A stretch of DNA of 64,000 nucleotides from the human T2T-CHM13v2.0 reference genome, Homo sapiens: assembly GCF_009914755.1 (NCBI RefSeq), contig NC_060927.1, one strand, 5' to 3'. The notes beneath the pieces are model-generated. The model had not been told where the DNA came from and did not search any database. It saw only the letters and a list, made by a program, of their open reading frames with translations. This document shows, piece after piece, positions 16,211 to 27,853 of the stretch. The stretch's first letter is position 1. Every line of letters begins with the position of its first letter. The position numbers and the translations under genes are program-made.

Positions 16211-18346
16211 GGATTTTACATATTATTTAAATTTTATAATACAAAGATACAAAATGTAATGTATATAAAAGTTGAATGATTTCCAGCTGACCAGTTAGCA
16301 GATATTTTAACATAAAAAACCATGTTTTTTTCAAGTTTTAAACATTAATAATTCTGGATCATTCACAGAATTGTAGCACTGAGTATTTAGTGTCATAGAC
16401 TTGTCCATGGTTCTAACTGGAATTCCAAAATTTCACATCATTTAAATTTTGCCAAATGGCTTGATATTATGATAGTGAACCTATTTTCTCCTGATATCTT
16501 AATTGAATTCTGTTCATAATCATAAAATGTATTAATTTAGATTTTAAAAATACTGGTAGATTTACCAATAATTTTACTTTTACTAGTCTGAATCTACTGG
16601 TTTGCATCAAATATAATAGAGCCCCAGATATAGAAATTTACATATCAGAGATTGGTATAAATGTCTATGTTCCTTTTGTTATAAATCCCCATCTTAATAT
16701 TTTAAAACATAGAGTTAATATTATTATAATTAAAATATTCTTCCAAGTTCCCAATGTAAAAAGATACCACAGAAATATTTTAAATGCTACAGATTGTTTT
16801 TATATTTTCCATACCACCAGAAAGTTTCATGAAAAATCACGAGTTTTTAATATTAAAAGGAATGTGTGATTGTAAAATCATTCACACATACTGACATGCA
16901 GTATGAAAATATCCAAAAATATATGTAACCTACAATTAAAATACCACTAAACTATCTACTTTCAGGACTTAAAGTATATTTTTCAAATATTTTTATCTAG
17001 TAAAAAATTGTTGATAAGACATAAAAATAGATTCATGCTTACTTATACATAGATGTAGAAATAGATATAAATAAACAGGAATGTAAAAAGATTATTTTCA
17101 GAGTCACTGAATAGTTAGTATAATTGTAACAAAATTGAATATAACCAGACCTTGAAAATTGGAAGTATCAAGAGTGTTCTCAATAATTTTCTCTTTTATA
17201 TTTTATAAGTGCCCATTTTAAAATTCTTTAAATTTGATTATCATTCTATTCACTTTTTCTAAAAAAAAAAGTCAGATTGGTGTAGATTGTATTACAGTTA
17301 TTGACATGACAGTTCTCACTCGCATGTCCCCAATGCCAACCAGAAATGCAAGAACCAGAAAAAAGTATAACTACCCCTCCAAAAATGTGCTACTACCAAA
17401 ATAAAATTGTTGCTAATAATTGTTAAAGGCCTATTTTCAGAAAGCCTTTTAAAATAGAAAATATTTTATTCATAATTTTATTTCTATATGTCTGTATATA
17501 TATTCATATGTAGACTTATATTTAAGACATCTATGATCATCATTTTGTTTCTTTTCTCAAAATACCAGTTGTTGCACAACTTTACTGAAAGTAAGGAATA
17601 ATAAAGATACATTTCAAACTTTGCCTTGGAGGAAATCTCTTTCACATTTTTCAGGTATGTGAAAGACAATCATAAGATAAATTTCCCCAAATTTTCTCTG
17701 TATTCAGGAAAATGTTTGTCCTTTATATATAAAAATTACAATAATATATTACCTTTTATTATGTTTTTAATGTAATATCCACGTAAAAGTCATTTTTACC
17801 AATATGCAAAAAAGCATCAATAGCCAATAAGATGCAATAACATTTGTTTTTAGAAAGAAAAAGGTGATAGGAAAGTGTAAATTTATTGGCATAATATATG
17901 CATTCCAACTATCATTATAGACATATATTAAAGAGTGTTTGTTACAAGAAGATTATTGAACAGAAACCATCAGAGTGCCTTCTTATAAAATAATTGACCA
18001 CTCAGATGCATGGTTCTGTTTAGAAATCATTGTTGAAAGGTTAATGGTTATAGACACAAAGCAAAAGATTTTATTGCCATTTAATTAACTATTCTGAGTA
18101 TGGTATGAGATGCTGAGAGTAAAATGGAGCAGAGATTAGATTTAAAGCTTACATTTTTAATAAGCTTTATATAAAACAACTAATTAAGTATGCTAACTGC
18201 AGGGTTAATGTTGAGGCCCCAGTGTAAAACATTGGAAATGCAGCATTAAATGTTCTAATTAAAAACACTTTCAATTGCAATTATATCTTTAATAGAAAAT
18301 TTAATTTTATAGAGTAGTATAGGGACTAAAATTAGCATTCTTATTT

Positions 18347-18350
<4 letters not shown>

Positions 18351-18378
<28 letters not shown>
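18351..18378. repeat. (CA)14 microsatellite
   Basis: Direct reading. Confidence 0.95.
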
Positions 18379-18380
<2 letters not shown>

Positions 18381-18593
18381 CACATTCACACAGAGTTAAG
18401 CATGTACATTGTATTAGTAATGGGTTTCCAATATTTCTATGCCATTATTACTAAGGTAACTTTATTAAGAAAATTAAATACTAATGTTAACACAAAAATC
18501 ATTTTTACATAAAAAATTTAGAGTAGCATGAATATCAAGCTTTATATTATGAAGTAACAATTTTCTTGATAGAACTAAATTATATCTGAAAGT

Positions 18594-19037
18594 TGTCAGA
18601 ATCAAGATGGAGCCCATTTTTTTTTAAAGAAAATCTTGATAAATAGAGCCACCAAAAGCCTTGAAGAGAGGGTTTATATGCTTACAGGCCTGACGACAAA
18701 AAACTCTCACAAAAGACTGCAAAAACCACAACCTTCCACAAAGGCTATTTGCAACCTTACACAAAAAATATCTCTGCAAAAACATCTGCCCGAGAACTGC
18801 CAGACCAATGTCAAACTGGAGTTATCTTTGTTATTGATCTTTTTAGCCAAGGATAATTATTTCAAAACAATAATATAGTCTTCCTCATTTTTTCCTTTAA
18901 ATATCTTTATCTTCCTTTACCTCTCTGACTACACACATAGTTTACTATGGCACACATTTTCCCACTGCATTTCTCTATTCCCAAATAAATGCCATTTTCT
19001 GTTAGAGAACCTCTGTTTGTTATTTACATTATTTACA
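18594..19037 (+). mobile_element. Solo ERV1 LTR (LTR37-like)
   Basis: TGTCAGAATCAAGATGGAG start, internal motifs recalled from LTR37, AATAAA near the 3' end. Confidence 0.65.
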
Positions 19038-19328
19038 TAGAAATTGTGGCTCCTATATGCAATGACTTAATCTTTAAATATATTTTACTACCTTGCTGTA
19101 TCTTAATTTTTATTTATTAGAATTCTTGGCAGAAAATGACTCTTCGGACTGAGTTGTAATAGTGAAAAACCCATTTAAACTGGCTGAATTCATGTTGGTT
19201 GTGAACCAATGACTAGAATGTAGTTCAGACTCAAAAAATATAGAATCAGGTTATTGAAAGCCATGAGGATCTTCCTTTCTCATCTGAATCTCTCTGTGTC
19301 TCTAGCTCCAGCCAAAATTCCTCTATCT

Positions 19329-19331
<3 letters not shown>

Positions 19332-19370
<39 letters not shown>
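19332..19370 (+). repeat. Uninterrupted poly(A) run, A39
   Basis: 39 consecutive A with no Alu or L1 body upstream. Confidence 0.95.
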
Positions 19371-19371
<1 letters not shown>

Positions 19372-21710
19372 ATGGCTTTTACCAGTTCCTGAGATTTAGA
19401 TTTTGTAGTTTGAATCGCCTGTAAGAATAATAACGTGCTCTAGCTTCTAGTTTAAAAACCTTATGCAAAGGATTCATTGCCCAGTCTAGGACTAATCCTA
19501 GCCATTCTGTGGCCACCCTACTAACTGTACCTTTGATGAGGCAAGGAGAAGCTATGATACTAACTTGTAATCCCCATGATAATTATGTGATTGTGAAGGA
19601 GGTAGTTGCTAGAAAAGGAGTAGAGTTTCAGAAAATTCCAACAATTAAAAAACAATGGAGTATTAAAATTATTTTGTTTTTCAGTTGCCCATTTAAGAAA
19701 CTTTTCTCTGGAACATTCTTGATGATTGATCCCCTCTTTGTGTTTAAATAATTCTCATTGTTAAGAATGTATTATTTTGATCACTATTTCTTGCAAAATG
19801 CAGGCAGGCAGCTATGACTTCCAATCTTTAGTCTGCTTCGTGTTCCATATGTGACTTTTTGCAGAGGCCTAACTTCCATAATCTCAGTTAACTGTCCCTT
19901 CTGCCCAGCAGTGTGAAAAGGACTAAGTAGAAGAATGTGGCAGAGCAGCAAGCTTCTCTATGGATGAAGCTTCTGAAAATGTTAGTTCTTGTGCTGTTAG
20001 AAAATCTTCTCAGATTCTGCTACAAACTGCCTTGATTTTTGTTCATTCTGCTAGTTCTGTCATGGAGATTCATGCAAACAATGTCAAAATGCTCTTCTAC
20101 AAAAACACTTCGAATACTTGAGGATAGTTGATACGTTTTCTTTACATGCACCTGCTATATTTGAACCTAAGCAGAATTTTATCTGCATGCAAATTTTATC
20201 TTGCTATATTTGACCTCCTATTCCAGTCTGTCAGGATTTTAAACTACGGATTCCGGTGCGTGGAATTCTAGCTGTCAATCTCAGCTAGGTGTATTTGATA
20301 ACCATAACTTCTATATCTTATCACATCATGGATAATAAATATTTGAAAGTGTAGATCCAGAGCAGATCCTGATCTTCTCTTTAAAGAATTCTATCAAGGT
20401 TGACATCTATCAACATACTTTGAATAAATATATTTAATAATCTACAGATCCACCTATTGGCCTTATATTCCAGCCCACATATTTTTACCTTGCCCAAAAA
20501 TTTGTAAGGGAAGACTTAATCAGTCATTTTCTGCAACCAAGATTTGTAGATTTAACATAATGTCAATAGACATAACTAAGTAAAAGCAAATAAGTCTTTA
20601 CAATCTCAGAAATTCAATTTTAATAAGATTAGTAACTATTGATGCTTAATATTCAGAATTGTGGATGCACCATATAATAATATACATGAAATAGTATTTT
20701 TATCAACAGCTAAGAGAAAGATAAAGTGGTATTATTATGATGCAGATTTCATTTATCTTAAATGAAACAACTACCAAAAAAAAATAAGCCTAATTTGCCC
20801 CAAGTAGTAGTCACTGAATTCATGTTATATACTAGCAATTACTCCTCTCTAGCTCCTCCTATGCCATCTGTCTAGTTCCTCCTGTATTCTGTAGAGATTT
20901 GATGATACCACATACTGGATGATAATATTATTTCCTTAGAAATATGTTATACTTAATGCTTAGGTTCACAAGTAAGTCTTCAGGTGCTTAATTATCCATA
21001 ATGTAGATATGTTTACCTTGGCTACATATTACAAATCCCTGAGGAGCTTAAAATGTTCTAGTGATCAAGCAATTAAATGCAAATTAATTGAATCATAGTC
21101 TCCACAGAAATCATTTTTAAAGAACACAAGATTGGTTCTAATGAATAGTCAGACTGGAGAACTGTGGACACCACCATTTCTAAGATTCTAAAAGCAGCAT
21201 TGCTAAGACAGTGTGAGAAGAACACTCTTCTATGCCTAAGGTAAATTTATTAAATAGGAAAAGTCTATCTTACGTCCAAACATAGTCTTTTTTTTTTTTC
21301 TCTATGCCCTGAGAATATCTTCACACCTTAGTGAGCTCTGCACTGCGGAGCTTTTCCATTTCCACGTAACACATTTTTTCAGCAAAACTTGTTTTATTCT
21401 TCCTCTTCCATATTCAAAGTTCTCATCCCCTCTCAACACACAACGTATGTGCTTCTCAAGTAGCTTGTGAGGGAATTGGTTGTTACCTATCTAATGTCTC
21501 ATATGAGAAAAAGAGCTTGTGTCAGAATGCAAATCTAAAGAATACTGTTTGGTTCACCTGTCATTCTTTTCTTAACCACTTTTTCCATGAAGGAAGACTG
21601 GTGTTGATTTACATTCTTGCACAAGTTTCTTATCTCATTGCAGAAGAGTAATAGTTTCCAGGTTGCTATGGGTCCACAGGGCCACAGTGTTATATAGCAC
21701 TACTAATATT

Positions 21711-21865
21711 TAGCTTCTTAAAGCATAATCTGTAGACCAACAGTAGCAGGATTACTTGGAAGTGTGTTAGAATTGCAGAATTTTAGGCCCCATCTGAGTC
21801 AAATCTGAATTTTTAAGAAGATCACCCAAGAAACTCACTTCCACAGTAAAGTTTGAAAATCAGTG
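21711..21865. mobile_element. MER5A-like hAT-Charlie MITE
   Basis: Degenerate MER5A motifs (ttagaattgcagaattttaggcccc...aagtttgaaaatcagtg). Confidence 0.6.
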
Positions 21866-23299
21866 ATTATCATGCACCTTAAAAAGAAAACAAGCTGATA
21901 GACAAATTTACACATGCACTGCTGGCTGACATGCTGATAGAGGAATTATCTTTTTCAAATAAAGTAGTGGTGGCATAATATTAGGAAGTATGAAGAGAAT
22001 AGCATTTTTATCTATAAATCCCACTCTTCTCTCTATTGACTATGTGATATTAGGCTAGTAATTTAGTCTCTATGAGCCTCATTTTCTTGTCTTGTAAAAT
22101 GAAGTTAAGAATACTTAACATTTCAGAGATTTCATGAGACTTAGTTCCAATGTACATAAAACACCTGGTACAAGACTGAGATATCATAGATGCTAAGTTA
22201 AGTCTATGGTTTCTCACAATATTGTAAAGCAGAAAAATTTGGAAGGAAAACCCCGGACAAAGGTGGTCAGGGTTTATGATGTCAATCATAGTGAGCTGAT
22301 GGTCAGGAGATGTGGATTCTAGTTGTGATTTGGACTTACTCAGCATGTTGGTCTACGTCCATGGACCTAACATGCCAATGCCTCGGTTCTCTCATATATA
22401 AAAAGAGAATTTTGAAAAAGTAAATTTTGACCTTTAAACTTCATGAATCTGAGAGTTAATCAATATTTGACTGCTTTAATTAAATCAGCATTTTCAATTT
22501 CTATAAGTTGTATTTTTGACTATGAAGAGTTGAAATTATTTAAAATGGCTAGAAACCACTAATGATTGTCTTATATTACCCTTTAATTTTGGTCTATTCT
22601 TTGCATCTGAATTATTCTACATGACAAGAGTGACACAACAAAACATTGGATATGCTGTTTTCATTTCTCTATCATTCTTTAATATTATACAATTTATCTA
22701 AATTAATAGGCCATCTCTCCATTTTCTTTTCTATTTTGACCTTTAAAGTCCATGTTCAGTGATTTTATAAACCTTTTCTCAATGCACACATTTTTAGCTG
22801 TGTCTTTTCTGAAACTTTCCTTGTCTTGTTAGTGCCTCTTTTTATATTTATGGAAAATAAAATGCCATCTTTTCCTAAATTCTACATTCATTTTTTGTGA
22901 GAAGACAGTGCTACCTGCTGTATTACCTTGTTGTATTTTTCTATTTGACCCATATCCACTGTCTGCAGACTCTCCTCTCTCTTCTCAAAATTGGTGCCTC
23001 TCCTACATTGAAAGCAATATATGAGCTACATTTTTTAGACTTCCAGAATAATGAGAGGGGTTTGTAAATGACAAGCCAACATTAAAAACTAAGGTATGCC
23101 ATAGACATTTGTTTTACCACATATTTTAATATCTCCTCATTCAAATACAAGCGAATGTGTAACAGGTTGAAGAAAACATCAAACTCCACATTTGAAGCCT
23201 TTTATAAATATGAGGGAACTTGTCCATCCTGGCCATCTTTCATCTACCTGAGAATTACTGGTCAAATATTATATTTTTTTTCTCTTTTTGAGTCATAAC

Positions 23300-23782
23300 T
23301 GACAGAGCAGGAGCATCACCATCTTAGACAAGCACCACCATTTTAAAGTACCCCTTGATGTAAAACCACCTAAATCCAAAGGGCATCAGCATAATGGCTA
23401 AGGACAACATGGCCATAAACCACAAATGACATCTCCAACCAGAAACATTCCAACCTTAAGATAAACCCCTCCCCAACCAGAAACATGCCAGCCCCAAGAT
23501 AACCTCCCCTCCAGCAGGAGAGATGTCAGCCTCAAGATAACCTCCCCTCCAACCAGAGACATTCCAGCCCCACAATCAACTTCTCCTCCACGGAGAAACA
23601 TTCCAAGTACTCCTTTGTTAAGTTCTCTCATCCTGAACCCTTAAATACTCTTAGTCTGTAAGAGAGAATGCTCCTGACCAAAATAGGCCAGAAGCCCCTC
23701 TCAGGTTTATTCTCCAAAATAAATCTGTCTTTGACTGTTGAACCACTTTCTGTGTTTCTTTCCTCTTTCTTTAACTCTTATA
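23300..23782 (+). mobile_element. 5' LTR (MER61-like)
   Basis: TG start, TA (mutated CA) end, 38-bp internal repeats, AATAAA retained. Confidence 0.9.
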
Positions 23783-23784
23783 TT

Positions 23785-23802
23785 TGGTGCCAAGACCCGG
23801 GA
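23785..23802 (+). other. Primer-binding site complementary to tRNA-Phe
   Basis: TGGTGCCAAGACCCGGGA versus tRNA-Phe complement TGGTGCCGAAACCCGGGA (16/18), 2 nt after the 5' LTR. Confidence 0.8.
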
Positions 23803-24404
23803 TGGGTTTCAGGGGTAGAAGCTCTCTTGCAACCCAGGAAGCAGTGGGCAGTGGCAGCTCATCCCACTGGATCCTGAGAGTCTCTGGCCATCCACCCCAT
23901 CTTGTCTCTCACTTCACTTTTTGAGTGATTTGCATGAGGAGGACAACTAACATGAAGGGGACTGCAAGGCTCAGGATAGGGCACTCCCCAGTGGACTACA
24001 AAACCCTCAGATATCAGGAATCCACCTCCGACCACCCCCAATGGGTATTTTGCTCTGTAACCCTTGTCCTCTCCTCCTCCCTCCTCTTCCTCCTCCTCCT
24101 CCTCTCTCTCTCTCTCTTCCTCGTGTGGTTTACCAATTCCAACAAGAACATCCAACATGGGACACTAATCTCACTGACTGGTAAGATCTGCCCTCCCCTG
24201 GCTTTCTCCTGCTACCCAGGAAAGTCAGGTCTACCATCCCAGTCTTCAGAGAACCAGTGGGACTAAGCTAGAAAAAATACTGGGGACACCCAGTTTTTTC
24301 TCAGCTTAAACGTCCTCTTTAGAAAGAGGATTGCGAGTCTCTGTCGTTTGTCTGAGGATGCCGAGAACAAAAACAGACACACTCAGCCTCTTCTCACCAG
24401 TCAC

Positions 24405-25330
24405 ATGTGTGCCAAACAATCCCACATTCCTAGTCCTCACCACTTTTCACAGCCTCGCTTAACTTGGCTTACAGGAAGCATAAAGCCAAAGTGTTTGGTT
24501 TTTTATTGCAACATGGCCTGGCCCCGATATAAATTAGATAATGACAGCCAATGGCCTGAAAATGGGGTTCTTTGACTTTCAAATTCTCAGGGACCTTGAG
24601 AACTTTATAACCAGAAATGTCAAATGGCAAGAGGTTCTCTATATTCAGGCTTTCTTCTACCTTAGATCCCGACCCTCCCTGGGTCAAGCTTGCACCCCTC
24701 ATGAAATCCTTCTTCTTAATGAAAACCCTCCCCTCGTCTCTCCTTGCTCCAAAATGCCTTCCTTAGAAATCCCTTCCTCCAAAACCCCTTTGACCCTATG
24801 CACGAACCCCCTCCATATTCTAATACCCTTGCATCCGCTCCTTGCCTGCCAGAACCCTCCGCCACAGTGGTCCTTCGTACCTGCAAGCCTTCGGCCCCAA
24901 ATCCCACTCCTCCTCTTTCTCCACCTGTTATCTGTTCAGAAACTACTCCAACTGACCACAGGAGATGCAATCGCCTTGGCCTCCCAAAGTGCTGGGATTA
25001 CAGGCTTGAGCCACACCTAGATCATGACATTGCACTCCAGCCTGGGCAACAAGAGTGAAACTCTGTCTCAAAAAGAAAAATTACTCCAGCTAGTCAAAAT
25101 ACTCTGCCATTCTCCTTCTCTGGAAAGTGGCTGGGGTTGAAGGCATTGCTTGTGTTCATGCGCTTTCTCCAAGTCTGATTTGTTGCAGATCAAACAGCGC
25201 CTGGGATCTTTCTCTGTAAATCCTTCTCATTATCGCTGGGAATTCCTGCACATAACCTAATCCTTTCATTTAACTTGGCATGATATTTATATAATTCTAA
25301 CCTCCACCTTCACCCCGATGAAAAAGAGTG
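24405..25330 (+). pseudogene. gag: Degraded gammaretrovirus-like gag (MA, PPPY late domain, start of CA)
   Basis: Frameshifted peptides FYCNMAWPRYKLDNDSQWPENG and FDFQILRDLENFITRNVKWQEVLYIQAFFYL (MA), EPPPY, and CA-like sequence after the Alu insert. Confidence 0.8.
24952..25077. mobile_element. Short Alu insertion with inverted 5' segment (AluSq/Sp-like 3' end)
   Basis: Antisense left-arm piece 24952-25014 fused to sense 3' end ~25019-25077; imperfect TSD at 24940-24953 and 25078-25091. Confidence 0.8.
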
Positions 25331-27370
25331 CTCAGCTTAATTAAAATAAATATTCTGAACTTTGAGTATATTCAAAAGGCCTTTATGTTTTTCTTTTCAT
25401 AAATCTTGTTTTCCTGGAAAAGATTTTTTCCCAGTTGACTGAATTACTTTTCTGTCTTGCCACTCTTGGTGTATGAAAAACCCTAAAATGACTTCTAGTG
25501 GCCTCAGACTCCTTGGGAATAGAGAAAAGGCACCACAAATCCCGTTTTGGGAAAAATGTCTGTTTTCCTTATGGAACCAATGGAATTAGAGGTGAATAAG
25601 TACCTCTCAAAATCTGTCTTTGTCTTCCAGCTCTACTTGTTTATTAGGACCTGGAATCTGTTTTCCCAGCCCTGTTCTTAAAGGGCCTCACCCAAAGGCT
25701 AATAATCCAACTGGGAAATTAGCAAAAAAGAAAAAAATATAACTACTGGATCTTCTGGTTTTCTGTGGGACTGCATATGTGTTATGCGTGCAATGTCTAT
25801 TAAAAAACTCTAATAGGCCTAAGAAAAATAAGTGCTTAAACCAAATATTTTTAAGGGAAAAGTAAAAGCTGTGTGACCTTCCAGCTCACATGACTTTAAT
25901 CTTTAAAACTTACTAGTACAGTAAGATTACAAATGTCTTAAGAGTTGCCAGCATACATTTATAATCTTTGCTTGTGTAATTTTTTAATAAATGAAATATT
26001 AATATTGGTGTAATAAAGATAGCTACATTTTGAACTATTTAGTGAAATACCCTAACTTCTAATCCTGTGGCCTTAGGCAGTCTAGCCCACAGACATGAAG
26101 GAAGATTGTTTTGGGAAAGGACTGTTATCATCTTTGATATTAAAGTAAAGATAATTTATATAAAAAGGAACCTTATATGGTAAATTCTTGTACTAAAGTA
26201 AATTAACTGATTACTTAAAGAGAGGGATGTTTACAATAAGTCAGAAAGTCAAGGCATGTCAGAGATTGTCTGTGTAAGTCATGAAAAATTTTCTAAAAGG
26301 TAATTTATGCAAGAAATGTTGTGCAGTTTAAAAGTGACTAGGCCTCCTGAATGCTTTATAAAATGCCACTATAACTCTTAGCTGTACAACTTGCCCGCTT
26401 TACAGCTAGGTAAGACCTAAGACACATGGAGTTAAATGCTGGAATAAGTCAGACCTTATTTGCACTTCTGTCTAGGTCCTAGGCTCTACACCTAGTACAT
26501 AATCAAAATCCCAAACTTACCAACAAAAGTAAAGGTTGCTAAAAGTTAACATAATATGTATTTAAGACTATTGAAAAAATAGTTTACATATACTTTTGGT
26601 AAAAAGATTATAAGGAGGCATGAGAATTTGGATTTTTACCTAGATTAAAAGGTTAAAGAAATGTTTTAAGTTGAATAAAATAAAAATGAAGGTTTAGGCA
26701 AGTTTTGGAAGGTTAATTGTAAAGGAAATTCTGTGTGTAAACATATTGGCTAAAGTTGAAGGGGTATCATGCTGTTTTTCTCTAAATTTTCCAAATTCTG
26801 GAAACTATCTGTGAGTATTCTTAAATTACGGCAATATAGTTGTTTGCATAAGTGCAATAAGAATCTGTTTTATTTTGTAACAGGGCACAATTGGAAAACC
26901 TAGTTATTTTTACCAAGGCTTTGACTGGAATGGTGTGCTTTCCTTTAAGGAATTAAATTTAACTTATGAAGCCAAGAAGGCCCTTAGGAAACTGGCCTCG
27001 TATTTTTTGTACACAGTCTCTGTACAGGGTTTCTGACCTGTGGTAAGTAAAGAATATCACTTTCTGACAGGCCGGGAACCCCAAATTGTTTTGGAATACC
27101 AAAACCATAGCATGGGTCATCCCATTCCTGGGTCCTCTCCTAACAATATGCCTAGGAGTAATGTTCTCACCTGCCTAATTAACACTTTTCAAATATTTTT
27201 AACTGACAAGGTCATGGCCATTTCACAGATAACTACCCAAAAACATATATAGATGGCATTACTTTTACAGTCAATCTGAGACCAGAAAACTCTCTGTCCC
27301 TTCATCACCAGGAAGTAGCCAGAAAGAACACGCCATCCTTCATCTGCTTTTATAACTATAGGGTCTAGAT

Positions 27371-27853
27371 TGACAGAGCAGGAGCATTGCCATCTTGGAC
27401 AAGCACTGCCATTTTAAAGTTCTCCTTGATCAAAAACCACCTAAATGTAAAGGGCATCCGCATAATGGCTAAGGTCAGCATGACCATAAGCCACAAATGA
27501 CATCTCCAACCAGAAACATTCCAACCCTAAGATAAACCCCTCCCCAATCAGAAACATGCCAGCCCCAAGATAACCTCCCCTCCGGCAGGAGAGATGTCAG
27601 CCCCAAGATAACCTCTCCTCCAACCAGAGACATTCCAGCCCCACAATCAACTTCTCCTCCACACAGAAACATTCCAAGTACTCCTTTGTTAAGGTCTCTT
27701 GCCCTGAACCCTTAAATACTCTTAGTCTTTAAGAGAAAGCTCTCCTGAGCAAAATATGCCAGAAGTCCCTCTCAGGTTTATTCTCCAAAATGAACCCATG
27801 TTTGACTGTTGACCCACTTTTCGTGTTTCTTTCCTCTTGCTTTAACTCTTACA
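27371..27853 (+). mobile_element. 3' LTR (MER61-like)
   Basis: TG...CA; about 91% identical to the 5' LTR by manual count; poly(A) signal mutated to AATGAA. Confidence 0.9.

Larger units (their letters stand above)
23300..27853 (+). mobile_element. Non-autonomous ERV1 provirus with two LTRs (MER61-like; LTR9/HUERS-P3 group)
   Basis: Two 483-bp direct LTRs, 5-bp TSD ATAAC (23295-23299 and 27854-27858), PBS, gag remnant, no recognisable pol or env. Confidence 0.92.

Noticed and set aside
23435-23607. Regularly spaced repeats superficially like a CRISPR array
   Set aside because: Tandem 38-bp units without unique spacers, inside a retroviral LTR in a primate genome
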